The translations under genes were made by a program, and so were the position numbers. Source: Vitrella brassicaformis CCMP3155 (Eukaryota; Protista; Chromerida). From it: a DNA stretch of 48,901 bases. The notes under the pieces were generated by a model, which was not told the DNA's origin, did no database searches, and saw only the letters and a program-made list of their open reading frames with translations. The first letter of the stretch is position 1, and the number at the start of each line of letters is the position of its first letter. This document shows, piece after piece, positions 48,190 through 48,901 of the stretch. The stretch lies in NCBI GenBank assembly GCA_001179505.1, contig CDMY01000572.1, positions 1 through 48,901 on the forward strand, in the 5' to 3' direction.

Positions 48190-48880
48190 CCACGTCGGCG
48201 ATGGCCGTGTGGCGAGGGATCTTAATGGCGAACGACGGGCTCAGGTTAAGCATTAGCGCAAACATATCATACAGGCTCTGAATGAAGGGAACGGACCACA
48301 CACACACACACACACAAACACAGAGAGAGAGAGAGAGAGAGAGTGGGCGTGTCATCCGCTGCTCCTCTTTATTTTCACCATATCGCCGCTGTTGCCCTTT
48401 TTGGTAATGTTGTAGTTGCCGCGCGCCTTGTATTCCGGCCCCACGGCGGGTCGAAATAGACCTGAACGATTCCACACACGCATACACACACACACAGAGA
48501 CATGTCAGATGATGGGTGCAGGTATGATCTATCCATTATCCATCAATCAAGTGCTGACCACGTCGAACGCCGGCTTGCCGGGCTTTATCATCCCGCGGGC
48601 GATAATGTGGTCCTCCATCTTGTCGGTGCGGGCCAAGAAGCAGTCCTGGTATATGTGCACGTGGTCATAGCCTGCGCAAACACACACACACACACACAAC
48701 ACACACACATGGACACACATCCGTATGGCATGGACCGTGTTTGGTGCACACCATACCGTATACGTGGCGCAGGTATACGTGGCGCAGGTTGTGTATGGCA
48801 TTTTCGTAGTGCGTGGGGTTCTCCTCCGACCCCACCACCTCCAAACCATTGGCGGCGAAGCCAATGGCGTTGCCCGCTGC
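48190..48880 (-). pseudogene. Divergent TGS1-like copy G with a canonical DPPW motif
   Basis: Exons read GNAIGFAANGLEVVGSEENPTHYENAIHNLRHVY, GYDHVHIYQDCF.., VYFDPPWG[apparent -1 frameshift]PEYKARGNYNIT..GDM and ..SPSFAIKIPRHTAIADV. There is a 15-nt tandem duplication (LRHVY x2). The gene continues beyond the window. Confidence 0.65.
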
Positions 48881-48901
48881 ACACACCCCCCCCCCCCCCC
48901 C

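Noticed and set aside
2287-48880. DNA adenine methyltransferase or restriction-modification interpretation of the DPPW/DLPW proteins
   Set aside because: The flanking motifs (PExIA, GGNxIQF, FDI, LPRN, KxITAYxG) fit TGS1 better, and no restriction enzyme is adjacent. Activity on DNA is not formally excluded.
1-48901. Hundreds of short ORFs rich in CVCVCV, HTHTH, LSVCL or MDGW
   Set aside because: They are translations of intronic microsatellites or antisense frames of real exons.

Overview
This is intron-rich eukaryotic genomic DNA with short GT-AG introns full of (CA)n/(GA)n/(GTCT)n/(GGAT)n microsatellites and six fixed 300-N gaps. The intron style, a plastid-targeted SufD and a characteristic ankyrin family point to the chromerid alga Vitrella brassicaformis (inference). 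Most entries in the ORF track are microsatellite or antisense noise, so I reassembled genes by hand from splice sites and phase. Housekeeping genes are sufD, DPH7, a COPI-associated membrane protein and a tandem CCCH zinc-finger gene. Accessory genes are two intronless claudin-like 4TM paralogs, a RING + 2x FKBP-like gene, an ankyrin gene and a Myb/SANT-like gene. Four things stand out. (1) A ~1,370-aa, 11-exon gene joins an N-terminal J-domain (HPD), a DUF1598-like core, a Gly-rich linker and a C-terminal His-Me-finger nuclease resembling bacterial polymorphic-toxin domains; it shares a ~205-bp upstream module with the neighbouring RING-FKBP gene. (2) About nine TGS1-like (RNA cap guanine-N2) methyltransferase copies or fragments are present, most of them disrupted. 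(3) The one apparently intact copy is fused to MORN repeats. (4) An AGCTCGCA(G) motif recurs almost only near gene starts. All family assignments come from motif recognition by eye; no searches were run.
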